Shown: piece by piece, positions 52,748 through 62,183 of the stretch | Layout of the letters: each line of letters starts with the position of its first letter | Position numbering within the stretch: the first letter of the stretch is position 1 | Origin: a virus | Reading direction: 5' to 3' (one strand) | Virus record (IMG/VR): IMGVR_UViG_3300002026_000045 | Coordinates: 40,159 to 104,158 of that record | DNA: 64,000 nucleotides | Program-made: the position numbers and the translations under genes | Notes under the pieces: generated by a model | What the model was told of the DNA's origin: nothing | Database searches by the model: none | What the model saw: the letters and a program-made list of their open reading frames with translations, nothing else

Positions 52748-53194
52748 CTATACCTTTATAATAGAAAAATAATCATCAGATGATCCATGATCAGTAATGA
52801 CTGAATGTGTATACCCTGGAACTTTGATTTTAGACAGCATACGCTTATACAACTTTGTTCTATTACCGTCTGCTTTGTGCGAGCTAAATGTAATTTCGTC
52901 AGGTGAAAATCGAGCAATAAGCTCATTGATTGACGCTATAGCAAATGAAAACACTTGCATTTCTCCACCGCTGCCAGTTTTAGCAAAAGTAGCGCCAGGA
53001 TGATCTTTAGCTTTTTCTGAAAAATCAACTTCCCAAATTGTCCTGCCATTGTTATCACTATAACTAGCACAATTTACAGTTATAAACCTACCATTTATTT
53101 CTGCTCGTGTCGTAAACAAGTCGCTACTAGAGCGAACAATTTGCATTGGTACTTGACTTGAAAACGACTCTAATATAAATTCAAGTGATCTCAT
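52748..53194 (-). CDS. Hypothetical protein with capsid-targeting-like N-terminus
   Basis: MRSLEFILE; TGSGG..VF, R.KLY.RM. Confidence 0.6.
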   Translation of the reverse strand: MRSLEFILESFSSQVPMQIVRSSSDLFTTRAEINGRFITVNCASYSDNNGRTIWEVDFSEKAKDHPGATFAKTGSGGEMQVFSFAIASINELIARFSPDEITFSSHKADGNRTKLYKRMLSKIKVPGYTHSVITDHGSSDDYFSIIKV

Positions 53195-53805
53195 TGCATT
53201 GCCTGCGTTAATATTTCAATGTAATCATAAGTTTTTACTTGAAGTAAGTAGTATTTTTCACATTTAACCATTATTTCATGCTGTGCGTTAATTGCTGCTT
53301 GAAGGTCAGTAACACGAAAATCGCCATCTTCTAAAATTTTAATTATAGCTGGTGCTCGCTCACTTGAGTCAAGAGGAATATCTTTTACTCTTGGTACTGC
53401 GTCAGTTAAATCTTTGATTTTAGGAGACCAACAAAAAGAAAAATTACCAATGGGAACAAACCGATGTAAATCACCATACGATCCTGCAGACTTAAAGTTA
53501 CCAGAACAAAATGCAACTCTATCGCTTCTAAATGCAATACCAAATTTTTGTTTAAACCAAGCATCAACGACTTGCTGATCTGGCTTGTAAGAGTCCAATG
53601 GCTCTCTATATGATCTAGTAGTCCCTATTTTAACACGCGGAGTTACTTCAAATAAAGGAGTACCATAGCCAACACCTCGGTACAAAGAGTCAGAGGACCC
53701 TCGCATCTCTGTCAAAAACGGCTGGCAATGTTGTTTCAACATTACTGCTATCTCGTTGATTTGGTCGTCCAACCTATTTTCAAGTAAAATCTCATTTATT
53801 CTCAT
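53191..53805 (-). CDS. ADP-ribosyltransferase-like protein (paralog 1)
   Basis: LYRG, AFCS, SYG, FCWSP, HEIM; MRINEILLE. Confidence 0.5.
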   Translation of the reverse strand: MRINEILLENRLDDQINEIAVMLKQHCQPFLTEMRGSSDSLYRGVGYGTPLFEVTPRVKIGTTRSYREPLDSYKPDQQVVDAWFKQKFGIAFRSDRVAFCSGNFKSAGSYGDLHRFVPIGNFSFCWSPKIKDLTDAVPRVKDIPLDSSERAPAIIKILEDGDFRVTDLQAAINAQHEIMVKCEKYYLLQVKTYDYIEILTQAMQ

Positions 53806-53824
53806 CGAGTATTTATTACAGATA

Positions 53825-53850
53825 AGAAAAGCGACAAAAGTCGCTTTTCT
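53825..53850. terminator. Bidirectional terminator
   Basis: AGAAAAGCGAC-AAAA-GTCGCTTTTCT. Confidence 0.75.
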
Positions 53851-53869
53851 AAGTTCAATCTATTGGTTC

Positions 53870-54331
53870 TTAGAACGAATATTTTGCACCAATGGACACT
53901 GTGTTTCCACTGTATTCAGTGACACGTTGTTGACCAATCTTATAAGCATAATCTGCCACTAAGCTGACTTGCTTAGTAATAGGCAACGATGCCCCAACGC
54001 CTACTGTCAATGCATAACCGTTAACGCCAACAGTTGGATCAATAAATGAGCCGCCAACTTTAGCTGCAAACGTAGTGCCATACCCGGTAGCGACTGGGTA
54101 AGACCCAGTTAACGAGTATTCGCTAACTGATGTAGCACCAACCATTGCGCGGTCGTATGCAAGTTCAGCGCCAAAAGCACCAAGCTTAGTGCCCAACGTT
54201 ACACCAGTTGCAGTGATGCCAGCATTGTTTGGCTCATGACCGCCGCTGCGGCTAACGCGAAGCCCAATGTCTGTTGCTGATGCTGCCATTGTAGCAGTAG
54301 CCAATAATGCAATAATTGCTAATTTCTTCAT
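53870..54331 (-). CDS. Outer-membrane beta-barrel protein (OmpA/Ail-like)
   Basis: Signal peptide MKKLAIIALL..ASA, amphipathic strands, C-terminal GAKYSF. Confidence 0.85.
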   Translation of the reverse strand: MKKLAIIALLATATMAASATDIGLRVSRSGGHEPNNAGITATGVTLGTKLGAFGAELAYDRAMVGATSVSEYSLTGSYPVATGYGTTFAAKVGGSFIDPTVGVNGYALTVGVGASLPITKQVSLVADYAYKIGQQRVTEYSGNTVSIGAKYSF

Positions 54332-54420
54332 AAGTTTTCCTTTGTTTTAAAATAAGCTCCTTAAAGAAGCCAGAATAATATTTACCTCACCAAACTGGTT
54401 TAGTTATATTATGTTATCGA

Positions 54421-54449
54421 AAAAGATAGGGCCGAAGCCCTATACTTTT
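54421..54449 (-). terminator. tmRNA terminator (UUCG loop)
   Basis: TAGGGC-TTCG-GCCCTA-TCTTTT. Confidence 0.85.
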
Positions 54450-54850
54450 GATTATGTTGGTTTACAAGGCCTTTTCTGCCCCGCTGGTTTCGCTGTTTAG
54501 GCGAAAGCTGCTTCAGTTGCAGCAACTTTGGAACCGCCGAAACGGAAGCCTTTAGCTACTGTCATCTTCACACCAGATGTTACATTTGCGTTTGCATTTG
54601 CTTTGGTTTTGCTTTTTCGACTAGGTTACCCCAATCCTACGGCTTTCACATTGCCGAGCGATAAAATCCGTACTTAGTGTTTGGGCGATTCCGGATGTGC
54701 CCCATCAAAAACACACTGCCAATTAGTCTTTCGACATTATCTGAAACGACCTGGCATATGACCCCCAGGCTCAATGTGTTGTTGGTGGAGCACAGGAGAT
54801 TCGAACTCCTTTGTCAACCACTGTTCTCTATTTTACTTTACGCTGTTACT
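54450..54850 (-). ncRNA. ssrA: Circularly permuted (two-piece) tmRNA
   Basis: T arm GGAGTTCGAATCTCC plus GTGCTCC-ACCA (ends 54783) precedes the 5' strand GGGGCAC (starts 54703); G3.U70 pair; tag ORF 54595-54497; directly after smpB. Outer ends approximate. Confidence 0.88.
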
Positions 54851-54856
54851 AACTAT

Positions 54857-55282
54857 TTATGCTATCTTTTGGCTCTTCACAATTCTTCTGTTATCTAGGT
54901 CAATATCACGATTCTTTGTTGTCTCGCGTTTATCATATTCCTTTTTGCCTCGGGCAACCCCAATTGACAATTTAAACTTGCCGTTCTTTTGGTAAATACG
55001 TAACGGAACTAAGGTTAACCCTTTCTCTTTCACTTTACCAACTAACCGTGCAATTTCTTTCTTATGCAGCAACAACGTTCGTGACCGTTGCATGTCATTA
55101 TCTGACGACCCAATGTTTGCCCCAACTAATATTACTACATCGTCTTTAATTATACAATGCGATCCTGCGATAGAGCAAGAGTTCTGAGCAATCGCTTTAA
55201 CTTCCCAAGCCTCAAGTTTCATGCCGCTCTCATATTCTTCAATAATTTCATAATCAAAAAATGCTTTTTTATTGGATATCAT
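54857..55282 (-). CDS. smpB: SsrA-binding protein SmpB
   Basis: NKKAFFDY, ESGM.L..WEVKAI, R.R.LLLHKKEI, GLTLVPL, ARGKKEYDKRE. Confidence 0.95.
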   Translation of the reverse strand: MISNKKAFFDYEIIEEYESGMKLEAWEVKAIAQNSCSIAGSHCIIKDDVVILVGANIGSSDNDMQRSRTLLLHKKEIARLVGKVKEKGLTLVPLRIYQKNGKFKLSIGVARGKKEYDKRETTKNRDIDLDNRRIVKSQKIA

Positions 55283-55325
55283 GCAGTATGATAACACGGT
55301 CAAAGCCCACCTGCAACTATTTTGA

Positions 55326-55826
55326 TTAAGTAGTGGTCAATTTCTTCCACCCAACATACAGACCAAGAGTGCCAGTTAGTAAAGCAATCAATTTAGTTAA
55401 ATTTTCAAGGAATGAGCTACTATTCACCACAACTGTCTTGCTTTGAATTTCCCCTGCCTCGTTGTACACTAAAGTAACTGTCTCATTTTTAGTTGCTGCA
55501 ACTGCTGACGTCATAACTGCGTCAGTAACTTTTTTGGCCACTTTAGACATAGTATACACAGGCTTAGAAGCTGGGGGTACACTAGTTATTGGTCTTGCCT
55601 TAATATCCCCACCGTAAGTTAAGGTACCAATTGTTGTTTCATCCAATGGCATAAATGCAAAAGCTGGTGGTACTGACGACATTCCCGGAGTACGATCACG
55701 GATAGCTTCTTCTGCTAAGTTAACAGGAACCTCTGTCACTACTGGAGGTTCTGACATAACAGGCATCGTAACTGAGGCACACCCTGCCAATACAGTTACA
55801 TAGCTAAGTAATAAAATTTTAATCAT
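55326..55826 (-). CDS. Lipoprotein with C-terminal TM helix (unimolecular-spanin-like)
   Basis: Lipobox VLAGC; C-terminal LIALLTGTLGLYVGW-KK. Confidence 0.55.
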   Translation of the reverse strand: MIKILLLSYVTVLAGCASVTMPVMSEPPVVTEVPVNLAEEAIRDRTPGMSSVPPAFAFMPLDETTIGTLTYGGDIKARPITSVPPASKPVYTMSKVAKKVTDAVMTSAVAATKNETVTLVYNEAGEIQSKTVVVNSSSFLENLTKLIALLTGTLGLYVGWKKLTTT

Positions 55827-57117
55827 GTTGGTGCTCTAACGTTAATTCATCATTCTCCATGTTACTCTCGTAGTCAGATAGTAAATCAAAATATCCATTG
55901 TTACGAACTGCTTTGTATGCTAAATTCTCAACGCTAAACTCCCCGCCGCTCTCTAACCCAGATTTTCTCATCTTCTTCAAATGATCCCAAATCTTAGCTA
56001 TCTCTGCTGGAGTAGCATCATTATCACGTATAATTGAGTCAATGTGATGCATGATGCTTTCTGCTTTAGCACTTACTGCATTGTCATCAGTTTGCACATT
56101 AGTATGCTGCGGTTCTTTAATCCACTTATCTTGCAGCAATGAGTATATACCAGTGGCAACTAACTTTGAATCCGGATTATTTAAATCTTCAGCATACAAC
56201 TCAACGTCAAACCCTTTGACTGTTATATCGTGTTCTGAATTCCATAATGATTTTTTGGCTCGCAGAAACGGATCAAGTAACGGAGTATCGTCCAACATTG
56301 ACGCATCCACTAATACGTGCAAATCAATGTCTGACTGAGAAGTATAGTTATACGCACAATTACTACCTGTAATAATGTAATCAACTATTTGAATCTCATG
56401 GACGTCCACAAAATCAGAAAATCGATTTGCAATCTTTGATAATGCTTTTTTAACGTCTAACCGTAACTCTGTGCCATCCCACAACGCTGGATTTAACTCA
56501 TTGTGATACGACAATTTCGTATCAATGCTTTCACCAATGGATTCTTTAATTCTAAAATTGGCACGATACCATTGGAATATGTCAGCAGAGGATGAAGAAC
56601 TATTCATTTCTCTACGCAGTAGGTTGTCAATTTGGATTTTAGATGCACGATTTAAATTTTCCCAGTCCCCAACATCTCTACGCAATTGCCTCATTACTCC
56701 ACTGCTATACGCTTTCAAATAATCCTCTAACCTGTAGAAAAATTGGCAATCTTCATTGTGACTGCGTATACTTCCTGAACGCACTGATGACAAATAGCGG
56801 TTAATTTGAAACATTGGTACCGAAATACTTTTGTTTACTTTAATGTTATCTTTAAATGTATTCTGAAAATTCAACACCGCAAGCAAATTTGCTAAATCAG
56901 TGCCAGCATAATGCATATTTTCATATGGACTATACCGCATTGTGTCCTCTGCGTAGTGAGCAGCAAAACTTGGATTTATATATCTGCTAACCTCCAATGC
57001 CATAACCATTACATAAACAATCTGTGCAAGATCGTCAGCAGACTTATTTTTCAGATCAGTTGGCTTCTGAAAAAGTCGTGCTTCGGTTAATTCTTGGAGG
57101 AAAGGAAAGTTTTTCAT
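55819..57117 (-). CDS. Two-domain protein with Pol-beta-like nucleotidyltransferase
   Basis: ITGS..YNY...SDIDLH, VELY, GEFSVENL..K..R. Confidence 0.8.
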   Translation of the reverse strand: MKNFPFLQELTEARLFQKPTDLKNKSADDLAQIVYVMVMALEVSRYINPSFAAHYAEDTMRYSPYENMHYAGTDLANLLAVLNFQNTFKDNIKVNKSISVPMFQINRYLSSVRSGSIRSHNEDCQFFYRLEDYLKAYSSGVMRQLRRDVGDWENLNRASKIQIDNLLRREMNSSSSSADIFQWYRANFRIKESIGESIDTKLSYHNELNPALWDGTELRLDVKKALSKIANRFSDFVDVHEIQIVDYIITGSNCAYNYTSQSDIDLHVLVDASMLDDTPLLDPFLRAKKSLWNSEHDITVKGFDVELYAEDLNNPDSKLVATGIYSLLQDKWIKEPQHTNVQTDDNAVSAKAESIMHHIDSIIRDNDATPAEIAKIWDHLKKMRKSGLESGGEFSVENLAYKAVRNNGYFDLLSDYESNMENDELTLEHQHD

Positions 57118-57734
57118 TTAATGGCCTTGCAATTATCAAAATGCCACCGTGCCATATTTGCAAGATTGCCTGTCTTATTGCAATGAGGGCAAACCGCAGA
57201 TGGGTGCGGATGTGGACGACCCATGAGAATTTCTGAATGTTTTCTCTTCCATTCTTCTGTATGTGGCTTGCGAGGGATGCCTCGCTGTGCTGCTCCAATT
57301 TTTTCTTTATGATCGTCAGAATGGGGGCCACGCTTCAATCCAAGCTGCGAGGCTGAATTTTTTGCTCGTCGCTCTGCTGTATGTGGGCCAAGTACCTTGC
57401 CTTTGTTGCTACCCTTGTTGCGAATTTTCTTTATCCCATCAAATTGATAATTTGCATTTAGCAACAGTGGATTATGCCAATTATCCCTAATCAATGATTG
57501 TTCAAAAACCCATGCGTCATCTCCATTAAAAAATTCTGCTAAAATAGTCCAATCAAAATTTTCAAATTGTTGTCTTACAAGTTTTGACGATGTTTTATAT
57601 TTTGGAAAATCATCCGTGGACGGTCGATTGCGTTTTACATTTGCTTCTCTATAGCCAATATAAAATTCGCCAGTAACCTTGTCTACACATTGGTAGACGT
57701 ATGGCATAGCACGAGTTGATGAAAAGTTTCCCAT
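57114..57734 (-). mobile_element. GIY-YIG homing endonuclease with NUMOD3-type repeats
   Basis: PYVY..TGEFYIGYR, YKTSS, HTAERR/HSDDHK/HTEEWK, CPHC. Confidence 0.82.
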
Positions 57735-57749
57735 CAACTATTTATCACA

Positions 57750-58898
57750 TTAGCCGTTGGCTGCAAAATTGGCTTGGCTAAATCCTAGTCTGTTTACTAG
57801 TTTTATTGGCCCACCATTATCTGTTGAGACATAGCCTTCTCCACCGCGTTGTCCTGCTACGTGAGCAATAACTGGTCCTTCATGTGCGTCTAACTGCTGT
57901 ATAACATCTAATTTAAGGTTGGATACCCCGTCAAACACATCAAACACTGCTTTTAGCCCGACTTGATTTGCCTTAACATAATCGCTTACTTTTTGTATCA
58001 TCACTTTAGACATTTTTGGATTAGATACTAACCATGGCATGAACCGTTCAAACAGCAATGATAAATCTTGTGTCTTAGTTTGTGCGTTTACATACGTGTA
58101 AAGTACATCTGGAAAACCAGTCATTTTAAGTTCAGATAATGTAACTGCATCAAGCAAACTATCTATTGATTTAGCATGTTTTTTAATAAATTGTATCATG
58201 CTTTTTGCTTTAACTTTATCTTGTTGCAATGGTGCTTCGTTCTTAATTTCTGGACCTAGAACACATAAATTGCTGTTGACGTTCAATCCTGCTGTATCAC
58301 GCAATGCTTGCCCTTCTGCTCCATGCTCTGCAAAAAAAGTATGGACTGCTACGCCTGCTTTACCCTGGCCAACTCGATGCCCTAATGTTGAACTTTTTTC
58401 TACTTCATACGTCACTGTATTTGGAGTAAAGACATAGCGTTTACCATTATCTTTAACTTCACCAGGAAACCACATAATGTCTCCGAGAATAAATCCCCTA
58501 TACGCCGACGGAGTTGCCGCTTCAAAGATTGGCCACACGCTAGCTATTTTTGCTAGATATCCTTCATCTCCACCTTTACTTTGTTTCTGCTTAATAAATT
58601 CTTTTGCTGATTTGTAAAGTCCATTGTACCCCTTGGCTCCCCAGCCAGCCTTATCTGTAAAGATAAACTGACCATCCGCGCCACGACCAAAAACAACTGC
58701 TGGCCTACCATCCCATTTAATGGACAACGTATCTCTATTCTTATGTAACCCGACAATATTGTTTACTGCACGAATTGCGCCTGCACTACCCTCAAAGAAG
58801 ACCAAGTCTTCTGCGTGAGCAATTCGTGCGCCCTCAGTGAGTGCAATTGATGTTTGCTTATGCTTGTAAGACTCGCTGATTATTTCATGTATTTTCAT
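57750..58898 (-). CDS. RNA-ligase-like (KxDG) protein
   Basis: H.EDL, SIKWDGRPA, GD, PNT..Y, GEGYV, KLVNR..FS.ANF; MKIHEIISE. Confidence 0.65.
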   Translation of the reverse strand: MKIHEIISESYKHKQTSIALTEGARIAHAEDLVFFEGSAGAIRAVNNIVGLHKNRDTLSIKWDGRPAVVFGRGADGQFIFTDKAGWGAKGYNGLYKSAKEFIKQKQSKGGDEGYLAKIASVWPIFEAATPSAYRGFILGDIMWFPGEVKDNGKRYVFTPNTVTYEVEKSSTLGHRVGQGKAGVAVHTFFAEHGAEGQALRDTAGLNVNSNLCVLGPEIKNEAPLQQDKVKAKSMIQFIKKHAKSIDSLLDAVTLSELKMTGFPDVLYTYVNAQTKTQDLSLLFERFMPWLVSNPKMSKVMIQKVSDYVKANQVGLKAVFDVFDGVSNLKLDVIQQLDAHEGPVIAHVAGQRGGEGYVSTDNGGPIKLVNRLGFSQANFAANG

Positions 58899-58918
58899 TT
58901 ATATATTTAACCAATAAA

Positions 58919-59506
58919 TTACCTACGACCTTTGACAACGTCAAGCACGTCATGGTACATATCTACGTCAAGCATGTAGTATTGTTTACATGCAATCATA
59001 ATTTCACTGTCACTGGCAATAGCCCCAGCTAAATCAGTAGTCTGATATTCCGCTGCTTCCATTTTATCTATTAAAATCTGTTCAATTTCAGGTGTAATAG
59101 GTTTATTATTTACATCGCTAACCTCAATAAACATGTCGCGAACTAAAGGGGACCAGCAAAACGTAAAATCACCAATTGGGAATACTGCATAAAGATTTCC
59201 ATAACTTGCTGCTACATTTGGGTCTCCAACTGCAAAAATGGCATTTGATCTAAACTTAGTGCCGCAGTTTTTCAAAAACCAATTATCTAATATTGCACTA
59301 ATTTTTGGATTAGTAGTTACTGGTTTGCGTCCACCAAAATTTTGATACAATTCAAATGATTTTAGCGTATGCTCCACACCACGATATAATGTTTCGTGCC
59401 ATCCTGCTTGCGCAAAAAATGGTTTGCAATTTTGTTGCAATAGCATTGCTGCATGTTCAGGTGATGCCATCTTTGTGGATTCTGTTAAAAATTCAATACT
59501 TTTCAT
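58919..59506 (-). CDS. ADP-ribosyltransferase-like protein (paralog 2)
   Basis: LYRG, SYG, FCWSP, SEIM; MKSIEFLTE. Confidence 0.5.
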   Translation of the reverse strand: MKSIEFLTESTKMASPEHAAMLLQQNCKPFFAQAGWHETLYRGVEHTLKSFELYQNFGGRKPVTTNPKISAILDNWFLKNCGTKFRSNAIFAVGDPNVAASYGNLYAVFPIGDFTFCWSPLVRDMFIEVSDVNNKPITPEIEQILIDKMEAAEYQTTDLAGAIASDSEIMIACKQYYMLDVDMYHDVLDVVKGRR

Positions 59507-59525
59507 CTATATATTTACCCCATTG

Positions 59526-60144
59526 TTATGTGGCCAATGGTTGTCCACGCCGCTCAAGTATCCGAGGAACAATATTCTTTGTATAAAACGATTCTGTAAA
59601 TGCGTAAAATTCCAATGTTGAATAATCATCTGGATACAGCATAATTTCATGGTTGGACAAAATTGCAGCTTCAACTATACCTGTCCCAGCAACATACTTA
59701 CCTTCTATAAATTTTTTTCTAACTACTTTTTCTAACGCTGGATCTGCATCACCCTGCGAAACATGCAATGCATTACATATCTGCATATACCGGAGAGTAA
59801 CACGCTATGTATCCATTGCACGGCACAATAATATTAGCTCTACCATACTCTGACGCTGTACTCATGCTACCAGTGCACATAACCCCACTTCTAAAAGGAA
59901 ATTTTACAGTCGATGCAAGCAAGTCATTTACTATGCTATGCACTATTTCATCTGTATCTACTGGCTGCCTTCCTTCTATTACATTTCGTGTATTTTTTAA
60001 GAAATTGTCAACGCTTAAATATTTTCTATCCCCACGATACATTGTATTGTGTGGATTTTTAATATGCGAGAAATATTCAGTTGTATCTGCAAAAAATTGA
60101 GCGAAAGCATCAGTGTTCTCTTTAAGAAATTCAAAAGATTTCAT
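59526..60144 (-). pseudogene. Frameshifted ADP-ribosyltransferase-like paralog 3
   Basis: N-half (MYRG...CYSPVYADM*) and C-half (...AAILSNHEIML) lie in different frames, junction near 59775. Confidence 0.65.
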
Positions 60145-60150
60145 TTAAAT

Positions 60151-60750
60151 TTACCAAACAAATTCCATAACTTGATCTGCATACTGCGCGTCTAGTAGAT
60201 AATATTCGTCACAATGAATCATAATTTCATGACTAGATTTTATTGCTCGTTTTAAATCAGTAGTTTGATACATAGCATGATTTATCTCATCTACTATCAT
60301 CTTATCTACTTCATCTTCAGCAGTTTGGTATACATTTATTGCATCCATTATTGAGTCTGATATGTCAAGAGTAAAATCTGCAATCATTGGTGACCAGCAA
60401 AACTTAAAGTTACCAACTGGGAAAGCAGCAAACATATTACCATACGATCTTGCTTGTCTAGCAGAACCAGTCGCAAACATTGCATCTTCTCGATAATTTA
60501 CACCAAAAGTTTCAACAAACCAAGCACCAGCCACATTGTGGACATTAACGTTGGTGTCTCGTGGCTTTCTACCACGTGGGCAAGGGTGTTTACTAAATGG
60601 AGGCAGTGTTGCTCCTATCCCTATTCCACGCCACATTAAATTTTTAGTTAAGCTAAAGTATGGAGAACAATTGGCACGAAGAGTATCGGCCCACATTTTA
60701 AGTTGGGCCGATTGCTCATTACTAGACGAATCTATTTCGTATAGTCTCAT
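60151..60750 (-). CDS. ADP-ribosyltransferase-like protein (paralog 4)
   Basis: MWRG, FATG, SYG, FCWSP, HEIM. Confidence 0.5.
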   Translation of the reverse strand: MRLYEIDSSSNEQSAQLKMWADTLRANCSPYFSLTKNLMWRGIGIGATLPPFSKHPCPRGRKPRDTNVNVHNVAGAWFVETFGVNYREDAMFATGSARQARSYGNMFAAFPVGNFKFCWSPMIADFTLDISDSIMDAINVYQTAEDEVDKMIVDEINHAMYQTTDLKRAIKSSHEIMIHCDEYYLLDAQYADQVMEFVW

Positions 60751-60751
60751 G

Positions 60752-62165
60752 TTACCATGTAGTATTAAGTAACGTTCGTGTCCAAATATCAGTTAACCCG
60801 TCAACATACGTTGCAGTACAGACATACAAGTAAGTTGCATCAACAGCTACCATTCCAACGGTGTCACCTTCAGCGCCAATTGCTGATGCAGGTGCTGCTC
60901 TCAACCCTGTTCCTGGAATTCCTTGCGCTCCTTGAACACCTTGTGGTCCCATTGGGCCAATTTCCCCTTGAATTCCTTGCAATCCTTGTGGACCTTGTGG
61001 ACCTGTGTCACCAGTTAAACCTTGCAAGCCTTGTGGACCAGCAACCGTTGATGCTTCTCCCTGTGGTCCTTGTGGGCCTGCTGGGCCAGTGTCACCTTGA
61101 ATACCTTGTGGACCAGCAACCGTTGATGCTTCGCCTTGAGGTCCTTGTGGTCCTGCTGGGCCAATGTCACCTTGAATACCCTGAATCCCTTGTGGTCCAG
61201 CGTCTCCTTGGATCCCCTGTGGTCCCATTGGACCTACTTCACCTTGTGGACCAGCAACTGTTGATGCTTCTCCCTGAGGTCCTTGTGGTCCCATTGGACC
61301 TACTTCACCTTGTGGACCAGCAACTGTTGATGCTTCTCCCTGAGGTCCTGCTGGGCCAGTAAGTCCTTGTGGACCCATTGGACCTACTTCACCTTGAATA
61401 CCTTGAAGCCCCTGTGGACCTGCTGGTCCTTGAAGCCCCTGTGGACCTGCAACTGTTGAATCTGCGCCGGCAGGTCCTGCTGCTCCCTGTGGTCCCGCTG
61501 GACCCATTTCACCTTGGGCTCCACGCAATGCAGTTAACGCACCAGGAATCCATTCTGTCCATACACCTGGGGAAACATATAACCAAATTGTTTGAGTATC
61601 GTTAACAAAGTATGCATCGCCAAGTGTAAATCCACCGCCTGCTGGTAATCCACTAAGTGAAGATATCGTAGCTAGTAAATTAATTCCCTTAACTCCCTGA
61701 GGGCCCATTGGACCTTCTGGACCTTGTGGACCAGCTGGGCCCATTGGACCTTCTGGACCACCAGCTGGACCTTGATCTCCCACTAATCCTTGTGGACCTT
61801 GATCTCCCACTAATCCCTTATCGCCTGGTTCGCCCTTGTCACCCGTTGGTCCCTTGTCACCAACTGGCCCTTGCACCCCAGTTGGACCTTGTACACCTGC
61901 TGGACCTTGAACTCCAGCAATACCTTGCGGCCCTTGCAACCCTACGTCACCAGTAGCACCTTTGTCACCAGTAGCACCTTTGTCACCAGTAGCACCTTTG
62001 TCACCAGTAGCACCTTTGTCACCAAAATCTAATCACTGGACGATTAAGTACCGGTAATGTAGTTGTATTTGAAGGCCCAACGTCTACTCCGTCAAATTGA
62101 TTTGATTGAGCATCTGTCAAGACATCGAATCCGTTAAACCCAGTTGGTTGAAATGCATTTGCCAT
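60752..62165 (-). CDS. Collagen-like fibre protein, split by a frameshift near 62025
   Basis: Long Gly-X-Y repeats and C-terminal G..GD.G..A.D..YLYVC...W.R domain; the SD-led 48 aa N-terminal ORF (62165-62019) is out of frame with the collagen frame (62032-60752). Confidence 0.75.
61947..62024. repeat. Perfect 18-bp tandem repeat x4.3 (encodes GDKGAT)
   Basis: tcaccagtagcacctttg repeated. Confidence 0.9.
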
Positions 62166-62183
62166 ATTATTTCCTTTATATTG

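Noticed and set aside
54783-54820. Stand-alone tRNA (TTCGAATC...CCA)
   Set aside because: No upstream D or anticodon arm; the matching 5' strand lies downstream, as in a permuted tmRNA
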